Origin: Nanobdellota archaeon
GTDB lineage: Archaea > Nanobdellota > Nanobdellia > Parvarchaeales > Parvarchaeaceae
Reading direction: 5' to 3'
Assembly (NCBI GenBank): GCA_021817165.1
Contig: JAKAVT010000001.1
Span: 4,343-68,342, forward strand
DNA: 64,000 nucleotides
The translations under genes and the position numbers were made by a program. Positions within the stretch are counted from its first letter, which is position 1, and the number at the start of each line of letters is the position of its first letter. The notes beneath the pieces are model-generated. The model made no database searches and was not told where the DNA came from. It worked only from the letters and a program-made list of their open reading frames with translations. This document shows, piece by piece, positions 39,728 to 48,299 of the stretch.

Positions 39728-39827
39728 TTAATACATTAATATTTTAGTTATGCATTATAAACTAATCGGGCACAAACAAAGCCTTTGAAATGAAAAGCCA
39801 ATACAAACTTAATGGCAATTGACATGC

Positions 39828-40370
39828 TTATCTTACCCTGAATTCGCTGGCTTTGCTAAGAATTCCTGCTTTCTGCATTATGTACCTCGCTGCAACAAGT
39901 ATAAAAATTCCGGCTATAAGAGTCAATATCCCGTATATCGGGATTTTAAAGATCATAAACGCTACCGCTATCCCTATTGCAGGCGGATGCTCGCTGTCGG
40001 TTTCAAACAATAAAAGAGAAACCACAAATATTATTATCCCTGCCATTATGTAAAAATTTACAAAACGGGAAAGAAAAAAGCCTGTATAGCCGAAAACGCC
40101 GGCAATAATGTAGCTTTTTACGAATCTTGTCCTCTTTGCCGCCTTTGAATATGGCATGAGAAAAAGAATGAACGCACTGCTTGCGAACGACGTGAATATC
40201 AATGCCGAAGCTCCGCTTATCTCCCTTATGTCGAAATTTACCCGGTTGAGGATGAAAATGAGGAGTACAATGACAAACGAAGTAATTAACAATGGTATTA
40301 ATATGTTGTTTCTGTTGACTTTGTGTTTTAATTTTTTGTATTCTCTGTGGCTGAACTCATTTTTCTTCAT
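39828..40370 (-). CDS. HPP-family integral membrane protein
   Basis: 4-5 TM segments and the literal HPP motif (TDSEHPPAIG). Confidence 0.5.
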   Translation of the reverse strand: MKKNEFSHREYKKLKHKVNRNNILIPLLITSFVIVLLIFILNRVNFDIREISGASALIFTSFASSAFILFLMPYSKAAKRTRFVKSYIIAGVFGYTGFFLSRFVNFYIMAGIIIFVVSLLLFETDSEHPPAIGIAVAFMIFKIPIYGILTLIAGIFILVAARYIMQKAGILSKASEFRVR

Positions 40371-42264
40371 AGTCTGACCTATTCACTATATCATTTAAAC
40401 GGTCCTTTATAAATGCAGCTATTTCGACATTATACTTTGTGTTTCCTTTTCTGTTTCTTACTGCAATTGTTTTCTTTTCCTCTTCTTTATCTCCTATGAC
40501 TACAACGAAAGGTATCTTTTCAAGCTGCGCTTTCCTTATTTTGTAGTCTAACGTGCCGTTTTCAGTGTCGCTTTCCACCCTCATGCCATTCTCCTTCAGT
40601 TTTTTGACAACTTCCTCTGCGTATTTGTTGTTTCTTTCGGTTATAGTCATAACTTTAACCTGCACCGGTGACAGCCACAAAGGCAGTTCCCCCTTTGAGT
40701 TTTCAAGTATTATTCCCATGAACCTTCCTATGGTGCCCATTATTGAACGGTGTATAACTATCGGAAAGTGCTCTTTATTGTCTTTGCCAACGTACTTCGC
40801 TTCGAACCTTACAGCAAGGTTGAAGTCCAGCTGTATGGTAGATACGGCATAAGCATCCTCTACTCTTCCACTGAAATCAAGGACGTAAATGTCGATTTTA
40901 GGCCCGTAAAACGCGCCATCTCCTTCTTTAATCTCATACTTGTAGCCTCTCTTTTCCAGAGTGTCCTTAAGTATGCTTTCTGCTTTGTCCCAGAGCGCAT
41001 CCTCTCCTATCCTTTTTTCAGGCCTAGTGGCAAGCTTCATAATCGGCTTAAAGTTAAACGGCTTGTAAGTTTCATCCATTATATCAAACATCCTTAGTAT
41101 CTCCCCTTCTATCTGTTCTTCCGTAACGTAGACATGCGAATCGTTTTGCTCCATTAACCTTGTCCTTAAAAGCCCGTCAAGCGTGCCTTCAAGCTCGTAC
41201 CTGTGAAGAAATCCGTAATCTGCAAGCCGCATCGGCAAATCCCTGTAACTGCGTGTTTTTGATTTGAAAAGCAATGCGGAGAATGGGCAGTTCATCGGTT
41301 TAAGCCCGTATTCCTCATCGGATTCAAATGGGGTAACTTTAAACATGTTTTCTCTGTATTTGTCGAAATGACCGCTTATCTTCCAAAGGTCTATTTTTGC
41401 GATGATTGGCGTTATTATCTCAGAATATTCGTATTTTTTGTCCAGTTCCCTGGCGAATTTTAAAAGCTCGTTGTAAATTATGGTGCCTTTGGCCGTAAAG
41501 AATGGAGAACCGGGAGAAAGCTCTGAAAACTCGAAAAGATCCAAGTCCTTTCCGATCTTTTTGTGGTCATGCTCTTTCCTTTCTTCCATTAACTTTAGAT
41601 AAGACTCTAATTCCTTCTTTGACGGAAAGCTAATCCCGTAAATCCTCGTCATTACTTCTCTTTTGCTGTCTCCTTTCCAGTAAGCCCCTGAAACCTTCAA
41701 AAGTTTTACTGCGCCCACGTAGCCTGTAGATGGTATGTGCGGGCCCCTGCATAAATCATAAAACTCACCGTTTTTGTATATGCTCAAGTTGCCATTTACT
41801 CCTTCTATTATCTCAAGTTTGAATTTGTTGTCTTTTAGCAGCTCTTTTGCCTCCTCTTTTGATATCTCCTTCCTTTCAAAGGCAAGGTTCTCTTTTATTA
41901 TTTTTTCCATTTCTTTTTCTATGCTTTCCAGGTCGTTATCTCCTGCCTTGAGATTGTAGATGTCATAGTAGAAGCCTTCAGCTATTGCCGGCCCTATGCC
42001 AAGCACTGCATCGGGATAAAGCCTTTTTACTGCAGTAGCAAGTATGTGCGCAGAAGAATGCCAGAAAACCTTTTTGCCGGCATTATCGTTGAAAGTAAAG
42101 AATTTTATCTCGCCGTCCTCCTTCACTTCAGCTGATAAATCTATTAATCTGCCGTTTATCTCTGCCACGATTGTGCCTTTTTTGGCATTTAATTCCTTCG
42201 CTATATCTATTGCTTTCTCCCCGGTTTTAAACTCCCTTTCCTTACCGTTGTATACAATTTTCAT
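40357..42264 (-). CDS. thrS: Threonyl-tRNA synthetase (TGS + bacterial-type editing domain + class II core)
   Basis: N-terminal TGS-like domain, HSSAHILA editing-site motif, class II motifs and a C-terminal anticodon-binding domain. Confidence 0.92.
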   Translation of the reverse strand: MKIVYNGKEREFKTGEKAIDIAKELNAKKGTIVAEINGRLIDLSAEVKEDGEIKFFTFNDNAGKKVFWHSSAHILATAVKRLYPDAVLGIGPAIAEGFYYDIYNLKAGDNDLESIEKEMEKIIKENLAFERKEISKEEAKELLKDNKFKLEIIEGVNGNLSIYKNGEFYDLCRGPHIPSTGYVGAVKLLKVSGAYWKGDSKREVMTRIYGISFPSKKELESYLKLMEERKEHDHKKIGKDLDLFEFSELSPGSPFFTAKGTIIYNELLKFARELDKKYEYSEIITPIIAKIDLWKISGHFDKYRENMFKVTPFESDEEYGLKPMNCPFSALLFKSKTRSYRDLPMRLADYGFLHRYELEGTLDGLLRTRLMEQNDSHVYVTEEQIEGEILRMFDIMDETYKPFNFKPIMKLATRPEKRIGEDALWDKAESILKDTLEKRGYKYEIKEGDGAFYGPKIDIYVLDFSGRVEDAYAVSTIQLDFNLAVRFEAKYVGKDNKEHFPIVIHRSIMGTIGRFMGIILENSKGELPLWLSPVQVKVMTITERNNKYAEEVVKKLKENGMRVESDTENGTLDYKIRKAQLEKIPFVVVIGDKEEEKKTIAVRNRKGNTKYNVEIAAFIKDRLNDIVNRSDYEEK

Positions 42265-42450
42265 TTAATCTTTTTAGTTTTTAGTATATTAATATTTATT
42301 CGAAATTGCTTATTTTGCTGCATTGTGAAAAAGCGAATTCTTCGCTGACGCTGTGATTGACTATCCTGAAAAGCCGTTCCTTGTTCTAACGGATTTATTC
42401 TGGCACGGTTTTCATCCCGTTTTCTGAAATGGTAAATCTAGTAGGACTTA

Positions 42451-42678
42451 TCAAAGCCTTGTAAACAGGATGTAAGGCGGTTTTAAATTGATATTAAACT
42501 CCGCCGAAAAACCGTTGCTCTTTGCGGCTATCCTTATCGCCTCCGTTAAAGACTCGTCAAAACCATTAAAAACCATCTTCACTGCATCGTTGCTTTTCAA
42601 TTCGCCAGAAAAAAGTGGCAACATCGTAAGTATAAAATAATAAGAAGAGCCTACTGCAAGCACAGTCTTTACTGTCAT
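42451..42678 (-). CDS. Small hypothetical protein coupled to the DsrE-like gene
   Basis: 4-nt overlap with the upstream ORF. No motif recognised. Confidence 0.4.
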   Translation of the reverse strand: MTVKTVLAVGSSYYFILTMLPLFSGELKSNDAVKMVFNGFDESLTEAIRIAAKSNGFSAEFNINLKPPYILFTRL

Positions 42679-43112
42679 ACTGTAAGAAATGTATAATCCT
42701 TTTCTTGTTTTAAGGCAGTAAACAACTCAACTCCGTTGAGCTTCTTGTCGACTATGTCGAAAAAATCCAGCTTACCGAATTTCTTTTCGAATACTTCTAC
42801 GCACGGCTGGCATAGGTAAACCTTTAATTTGTTTGCTTTCTTCGCCTTTTCCAATATACTCAATACGTCTGGAAACTCTCCGGCTTGCCACATTTCTATG
42901 ATATTTTTTGAGTATTCATTCTCAATATCCGATTTTTGGAACTTGCCGTAAAACTGCTTAGTCATTGCTAAAACTGACGTGCCGTTGAATATTACTTCTG
43001 CATTTACATTAGTATTCATTGCTCCAGTCACAAGAGCCTCTAAGCTATACAACGAATCCACCGAATAGCCTGTTACAAAAATTATTACTTTTTCCATACT
43101 TACTTTAAACAA
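42675..43112 (-). CDS. DsrE/DsrF-like (peroxiredoxin-like) family protein, tentative
   Basis: VIIFVTG... Rossmann-like start and a CQPC pair. The assignment is by resemblance only. Confidence 0.35.
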   Translation of the reverse strand: MFKVSMEKVIIFVTGYSVDSLYSLEALVTGAMNTNVNAEVIFNGTSVLAMTKQFYGKFQKSDIENEYSKNIIEMWQAGEFPDVLSILEKAKKANKLKVYLCQPCVEVFEKKFGKLDFFDIVDKKLNGVELFTALKQEKDYTFLTV

Positions 43113-43198
43113 TTTACGCTTAAAATAGTTAACTTAAATCTGCAACGCTGGTTTTACTTTAATTACGTAAGCAGCTTAGCGGTCTGCAAGAATATAAG

Positions 43199-43282
43199 CG
43201 CTCAGGGAGGGATTCGGACCCTCAAGGGATTGCTCCCATAAGCTCTCCAGGCTTACGCGATGCCAGGTTACGCAACCTGAGC
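43199..43282 (-). tRNA. tRNA-Ser (anticodon GGA)
   Basis: Hand-folded: acceptor GCTCAGG/CCTGAGC, anticodon arm TAAGC-CTGGAGA-GCTTA, long variable arm GGGA-GCAA-TCCC, T arm GAGGG-TCCGAAT-CCCTC. Confidence 0.88.
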
Positions 43283-43361
43283 TTACAGCATTATATATAA
43301 TTTAAAATAACTTATAAATACCTATCATAAAATATTTAATCTATAAAATCATACAATAATC

Positions 43362-43634
43362 ATGGAAGAATGGTATAAACATCATAAAGGCAAAGCGGTA
43401 AAGGAAATAAAATTCAACGGCTACGAAGTCAAATACGTAAAAAAAGAGGAGCATGAAGACTTCCAGCCTAAAAACGACAAAACACCAATAAACATCGACA
43501 AAGAGCAGTTAAAAATAACCAAAAACGGAGAAAAGATAAAGGTAAGAAAAAAGGATAAATTAGCGATAATAGAGGCATTGAAGCAGGACAACGTCGATAA
43601 AGTGGATGAAATACTTAAGGCTCTGAAGAGCTGA
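43362..43634 (+). CDS. Small Lys-rich hypothetical protein
   Basis: ORF only. Confidence 0.4.
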   Translation: MEEWYKHHKGKAVKEIKFNGYEVKYVKKEEHEDFQPKNDKTPINIDKEQLKITKNGEKIKVRKKDKLAIIEALKQDNVDKVDEILKALKS

Positions 43635-43644
43635 TGATTTTGTT

Positions 43645-44055
43645 TTACTGATTTTCATCTAAACTTGAAATTAGCCCTTTCACCTTTGCGTAGATAATTT
43701 GGATTATCTTAATCTTTTCTTCGGCCGGAAGGCCTTCCAATGAAGGAACATACCAGTGTTCTGCCTTCTGTATATAACTTTCAGGTATAAGTATGCAATC
43801 TTTTGGATCGCAGACTATTATTATTTTATCTGCGCTTTTTAACAGATTAGAGGTTGGAGGCTTAGGAAACTGTTTGCTCATGTCTACACTGAACTTTTCC
43901 TTCATCAATTTTATGTCTAAGGGATCCAACCCATTTCCAACGGAACCACCGGCAGCGCTGACTGCTTTGTGCTTTTTAGTAAGCTTATTAAACACTGCCT
44001 CTGCTATCTGGCTCCTGCTATTGTTGTATTTGCAGATAAAAAGAACGAGCGCCAT
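43645..44055 (-). CDS. Low-molecular-weight phosphotyrosine phosphatase / ArsC-family protein
   Basis: Active-site loop CKYNNSRS (C-x5-R-S) at the N-terminus, plus VCDPKDC downstream. Confidence 0.8.
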   Translation of the reverse strand: MALVLFICKYNNSRSQIAEAVFNKLTKKHKAVSAAGGSVGNGLDPLDIKLMKEKFSVDMSKQFPKPPTSNLLKSADKIIIVCDPKDCILIPESYIQKAEHWYVPSLEGLPAEEKIKIIQIIYAKVKGLISSLDENQ

Positions 44056-44070
44056 TAAGATTTATTTAAA

Positions 44071-44445
44071 TTACTGTTTCATTATTCCGGCAATCTCATC
44101 CGAAGCTTTCTTTGACTCCAAAAGAATCAAACCGTAATTTGTATTAGGATCTATCATTATTGTAAGAATTGCATCTACTCCTGCCTGCACTGCCACTACT
44201 CTTATGTCCTTTGACTCGGCAACTACCCTTTCTAGCGTATTTTTTGCCCCTAAAGATTTAATGGCAGTCTCTGCCGAGCCGACCATCGAGGCAAGCATCG
44301 CCGCAAAAGTATTAGGATCTACGTCTTCCGGCATCAATGAAACCATCGGTAAACCATTAGCAGATATAACTGCCGATGCTTTGATTCCGCCTACGGTACT
44401 TAGTCTCTGTAAAACGCTTTTTAATTGCTCTGATTTTGTAGCCAT
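44071..44445 (-). CDS. Roadblock/LC7 (MglB-like) domain protein
   Basis: GIKASAVISANGLPMVS...AAMLASMVGSAE...RVVAVQAG..AILTIM matches the Robl/LC7 pattern. Confidence 0.8.
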   Translation of the reverse strand: MATKSEQLKSVLQRLSTVGGIKASAVISANGLPMVSLMPEDVDPNTFAAMLASMVGSAETAIKSLGAKNTLERVVAESKDIRVVAVQAGVDAILTIMIDPNTNYGLILLESKKASDEIAGIMKQ

Positions 44446-44475
44446 ATTTAATTTACAAATTCCTCATTTAAATAA

Positions 44476-45717
44476 TTATGTCAGCTGCTTAAAAAGAGAC
44501 GACAAGGCTTCTGTTATACCATTCTCTTTTAATTTAGTCGGCTGGTTTGGGTCTACTTTTGATAAGTCTTCTGCTACCGTTTGCACTAATGCTATCGCAG
44601 AATCAAGGTGCAGCTTTTCCCGTATCTCTTCCTTTTTCAGTGCTCCCTTAAGATCTGCTTTATTCGCTATCACTACAACCGGCAGGCCGTAAGTTTCCGT
44701 TTTTCTGAGCATTTCGACCGCTCTCGGAAACTGCTCCGGCTTAGTTGAGTCTACCACAAGGAATACCCCTATTGCCTCTCCTCCAAGCATTTTAAGCAGT
44801 GGATCGAACCTTTCCTGTCCGGGAGTACCGAACAGATCTGCACGATAACCCTGAAAATCGACACTCCCATGATCTAATGCTATCGTTCCGCCTAGCTTGT
44901 CTACACTCACGGCGTTCCTAGAAGCGCTGTGTATGAATGAGCTTTTACCCGCATCCGTAGGGCCTGTGACTAAAATCTTCGGGAAATAGACCTTTATTCC
45001 TCCCGGCTTAATAGCCTTAAACAGGACAGAGGAAAACGCTTGCTTCTCTCCTACCCAATCGCAGTTTAAAACCGCAAAGTACTGACCAAAAATCACGCGT
45101 TTCTCGATTCCCTTGACTTCTATTGTAGAATTGACGTTTGAAAGGAGTTTGTCAACGTTTTCCTTTTCGTAGCCCCAATCGGTAAATAGTAACACCGCTG
45201 CGGAATCTTTTCCGATTACTGCCTTTTTTATATCGTTCATAAACGATATTGCGAATGAAAAATCGAAGAAATCTGCAAGCAGTGAAAGCGAGTCTACAAC
45301 AAGAAGCCCGTATCCATTGTCAAGCTCTTTCAGAACCTTTGTCTTTACTTCTTCTTTGTCATAAGGATTACTTATCACTTTTATGTGGTCGGTTTCATCG
45401 GATTTTATTCCTGTTATACCGCTATAAGCATCTATTATGCACATATTGTCGTTAGCTGGGAAATCATACTCTTTCATCTCTGTCAAATAAGACTGAGGAG
45501 AGGTTCTGTTCAGAAGTATGAGTACTTTTACCCCTGAGGTTATGTTCTTGTGTATTATCTGGTAGCCAAACACTTCATTGCCTACAGATGGAGAAGCGGA
45601 GATTAGTACAAGTTTTTTTGACGGTATTCCCTTCAGCTGTTCGTCCAATTTAGCTATGCCAAAATAAGGGTCTACATCGTTTTCTTGTATACCGTCTAAT
45701 CCTTTATATTCGACCAT
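44476..45717 (-). CDS. Fusion protein: degenerate KaiC/RecA-like domain + MglA-like small GTPase
   Basis: The N-terminal ~245 aa have a KaiC-like layout (GIAKLDEQLKGIPSKKLVLISASPSVGNE, LLVVDSLS) but no GxxxxGK[ST]. The C-terminal ~165 aa carry G1 GPTDAGKS, G3 GTPGQERF and G4 NKAD. Confidence 0.7.
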   Translation of the reverse strand: MVEYKGLDGIQENDVDPYFGIAKLDEQLKGIPSKKLVLISASPSVGNEVFGYQIIHKNITSGVKVLILLNRTSPQSYLTEMKEYDFPANDNMCIIDAYSGITGIKSDETDHIKVISNPYDKEEVKTKVLKELDNGYGLLVVDSLSLLADFFDFSFAISFMNDIKKAVIGKDSAAVLLFTDWGYEKENVDKLLSNVNSTIEVKGIEKRVIFGQYFAVLNCDWVGEKQAFSSVLFKAIKPGGIKVYFPKILVTGPTDAGKSSFIHSASRNAVSVDKLGGTIALDHGSVDFQGYRADLFGTPGQERFDPLLKMLGGEAIGVFLVVDSTKPEQFPRAVEMLRKTETYGLPVVVIANKADLKGALKKEEIREKLHLDSAIALVQTVAEDLSKVDPNQPTKLKENGITEALSSLFKQLT

Positions 45718-45750
45718 ACAATAATATAGAAATAATTACTTTTAAATATA

Positions 45751-46419
45751 TCATTCAAGCTGCTTAAATTGAAGCACCTCCTTGCTGGTTCCAGATAGTC
45801 TGAAATATCTTTTTCCATCTTCAAGCTTTAAATCTATTATGGCGTCGGAGAGATTCTTTATGGTCTCTATAACGTCTTGCTTGTGCATACCAGTGTCTAC
45901 TGAAAACAAGGTCGTAATGCCTGCAAGCTTGGCTTTGCCGCATATGAATTGAAGGAATCTGTACACTGTCAAGGGATTATTGTATATTAGCAGATTAGAC
46001 AGATTGTCAAATATGTTTATAACTGGCTTTGCATCCTTTACAAAATCGCTGTTCGTGCTGGACAACGAAACGGATAAACCAGTTAAATCTAATGGGCCGT
46101 TGAGTATCTTTGCATATGAATTATCAGTAGCACTTGGAGAATTGGTCCTGCTGAAATCGTCCAATATTTTGAAATCTGCACCAAGATACTGATTTATGTT
46201 TATGCCCCTTGAATTGAATTCATTTATCAAATCGGAATATGATTTTGAAGTCAAAACGTAAACAATTGCATTTTTGGATGCAAGGGCAGATCGGACAAGA
46301 TTATATATAAACTGCTCTTTTCCGGACTCCTTGTCCCCAAACAAAGCATACACTTTTCTGTAATCCAAACCGCCGGTAAGCTCGTCAAATGATTTAAATC
46401 CGGTTTTTATCCCTTCCAT
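45751..46419 (-). CDS. KaiC/RecA-superfamily (ArlH-sized) ATPase-like protein with atypical Walker A
   Basis: GFKSFDELTGGLDYRKVYALFGDKESGKEQF. The Walker A ends in GKE instead of GK[ST]. Length is 222 aa. Confidence 0.65.
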   Translation of the reverse strand: MEGIKTGFKSFDELTGGLDYRKVYALFGDKESGKEQFIYNLVRSALASKNAIVYVLTSKSYSDLINEFNSRGININQYLGADFKILDDFSRTNSPSATDNSYAKILNGPLDLTGLSVSLSSTNSDFVKDAKPVINIFDNLSNLLIYNNPLTVYRFLQFICGKAKLAGITTLFSVDTGMHKQDVIETIKNLSDAIIDLKLEDGKRYFRLSGTSKEVLQFKQLE

Positions 46420-46422
46420 TTA

Positions 46423-47034
46423 TTATACTAACCTTACTTTTTTCGATTTTATGCCCATTGGTGAGCCGTCAACCTTCATTAAAATGTCTACAGTCAACTG
46501 ATCTTCCTGCCTTGAAAAGTTTATTTCCTCCGTTAACGATTCGTTTGCTGGCATGTTTATGAACGGGAACAGATAGTTTGATAGGCTTTTGAAAAGCTCC
46601 TTTTTTCCACTCTTTTTGAGCATTATAGCTATATTGTCGCTCATGTCCTGAGTTTCGACTAATTTAAAGTAATCCGTGTCTACTATTATGTCGGTTATGC
46701 TGTCATGCGGTAAACCTTTAAGATCTTCTATGATTGGGTCTATGTTCTCATCCGAGCCGAACTGCTTTGACACTGATTTCTGCTGGTTATTCTCCATGAA
46801 ATCAACGGTAAGCTTCACGGTTTTTATAAGGAAAAGACGTATTAATATATTGTATATTTTATAAAGCTTGATTGTCAGAGGATGCTGTGACTTGATTCTT
46901 ATAACTCCTTCTTTGTATTCAAGGCTTATTGACACCTTTTTATAACTTATCAAGCCGCTTATCTTCGAAAGTGAAGCGTTTTCATCATAAAAGCTTTTTA
47001 ATTCGTTTACTGCATCAAAAACATCGATTTCCAT
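46423..47034 (-). CDS. Hypothetical protein (cluster member)
   Basis: 3-nt gap to the KaiC-like gene. No motif recognised. Confidence 0.5.
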   Translation of the reverse strand: MEIDVFDAVNELKSFYDENASLSKISGLISYKKVSISLEYKEGVIRIKSQHPLTIKLYKIYNILIRLFLIKTVKLTVDFMENNQQKSVSKQFGSDENIDPIIEDLKGLPHDSITDIIVDTDYFKLVETQDMSDNIAIMLKKSGKKELFKSLSNYLFPFINMPANESLTEEINFSRQEDQLTVDILMKVDGSPMGIKSKKVRLV

Positions 47035-47073
47035 ATCATATAATATAACATTAAAGGATTTAAAATTGACCTT

Positions 47074-47709
47074 TCAACCAGCACATGCCCCCGTCGGAGA
47101 ACTTGCAGGGTCGTAGAGTATTTTCTCATCTGGAGATATCGTTATCTGGCCTCCCGAAACCGATTCTATCACCGCCACGTAACCTGCGCACCCCGTGCTT
47201 TCATTAAACCACAACGATATGTTTTTTCCGGTTTCAATGGCCACGTAATTATTCTGCAGGTTTTTGGTGTTTACCCAATTGACGTATTGCTGGTTAGTCA
47301 TAACGATAAAATTGGTAACTGCAGATGCATTATACAGCATATGCATTTTAAAAGTATCCGGTATCGTTAAAAACGAATACGAATCCGCAGCTAGGGAAGT
47401 CGGCTCGTTCCATATGGTTATTAGAGCGTTGCTGCCTAAAAATGAGAACGGCAGAGCAGAAACGTTTTGATTGTGTATTGCCAATGTAGAATTCGGGTAA
47501 TATGACAAAATAGACCTGTTTATTATTATGTTAACTCCATTATTAGGCAGACAGAATGGCCCTGAACCGTTCACTGCCAAAGTTGAATTTGAAAAATAGC
47601 ACGAATTGAAAACGACTATGTGCATTTTAAATGCATAGAATATCGCTGCTAGGATTACTATCAAAAGGACGGCCATCAATACATTCGTTAGAATACTTCT
47701 TTTCTTCAT
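47074..47709 (-). CDS. N-terminally anchored, sequon-rich extracellular protein
   Basis: MKKRSILTNVLMAVLLIVILAAIFYAF anchor, many N-x-S/T sequons and several Cys. Confidence 0.55.
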   Translation of the reverse strand: MKKRSILTNVLMAVLLIVILAAIFYAFKMHIVVFNSCYFSNSTLAVNGSGPFCLPNNGVNIIINRSILSYYPNSTLAIHNQNVSALPFSFLGSNALITIWNEPTSLAADSYSFLTIPDTFKMHMLYNASAVTNFIVMTNQQYVNWVNTKNLQNNYVAIETGKNISLWFNESTGCAGYVAVIESVSGGQITISPDEKILYDPASSPTGACAG

Positions 47710-47752
47710 TTACTAAGAACAAAACGATTGAATAAAAACCTTTAGTTAAACC

Positions 47753-48121
47753 CTAAGAATAACCGGCGGACAGACAATTATTATAACCCATAGTAGTCCC
47801 ATTCGACAAAACTATAGAAGAAGTATTAGTTCCCGGCGACACGGCTAGATTGGAATAGCAGTGGTAAACTCCAGAACCGGAGGGATTAGGTATACTATCA
47901 GAACACCACTCTTGAAAACCGAGGCTTGACGGTGTAGTAGAAGAATATGTTGAACATGTTGCTGAGAACGCAGATAATGTAGAGCTTGAAGGAGAAGCCG
48001 CTCCTAATCCTTTAAATCCTCCTAACACAAAAGTAATCAAAAGGACAAGTATAAGCAAACCTATTGCTATAAGTATAATAGTATTTATAGGCAAACCCTG
48101 TGCCTTTCTATTTAAAGCCAT
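47753..48121 (-). CDS. Type IV pilin-like protein (class III signal peptide)
   Basis: RKAQG followed by LPINTIILIAIGLLILVLLITFVL. The mature part is Ser/Thr-rich. Confidence 0.55.
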   Translation of the reverse strand: MALNRKAQGLPINTIILIAIGLLILVLLITFVLGGFKGLGAASPSSSTLSAFSATCSTYSSTTPSSLGFQEWCSDSIPNPSGSGVYHCYSNLAVSPGTNTSSIVLSNGTTMGYNNCLSAGYS

Positions 48122-48254
48122 ATTTACATACTAAAATTGATACTATTTAAATATTTCCGTTTTTAAAGTAAAATTGCAGCCAAAAATCAAGCATTTCCGC
48201 ATGCAAATTAAAGATTTATTAATGTTAAAGGAAATAGAATACACATTGTATGTA

Positions 48255-48271
48255 CAGTAGTTCCGAAAGTA
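48255..48271 (+). repeat. Left terminal inverted repeat
   Basis: See the mobile element entry. Confidence 0.85.
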
Positions 48272-48299
48272 ATATAATTGGCAAACTGGTAAAACAGGT

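Noticed and set aside
39531-39731. 66-aa + strand ORF
   Set aside because: It mirrors the minus-strand ORF at 39536-39727, which has a recognisable class III signal peptide. Only one of the two can be real, and neither is certain.
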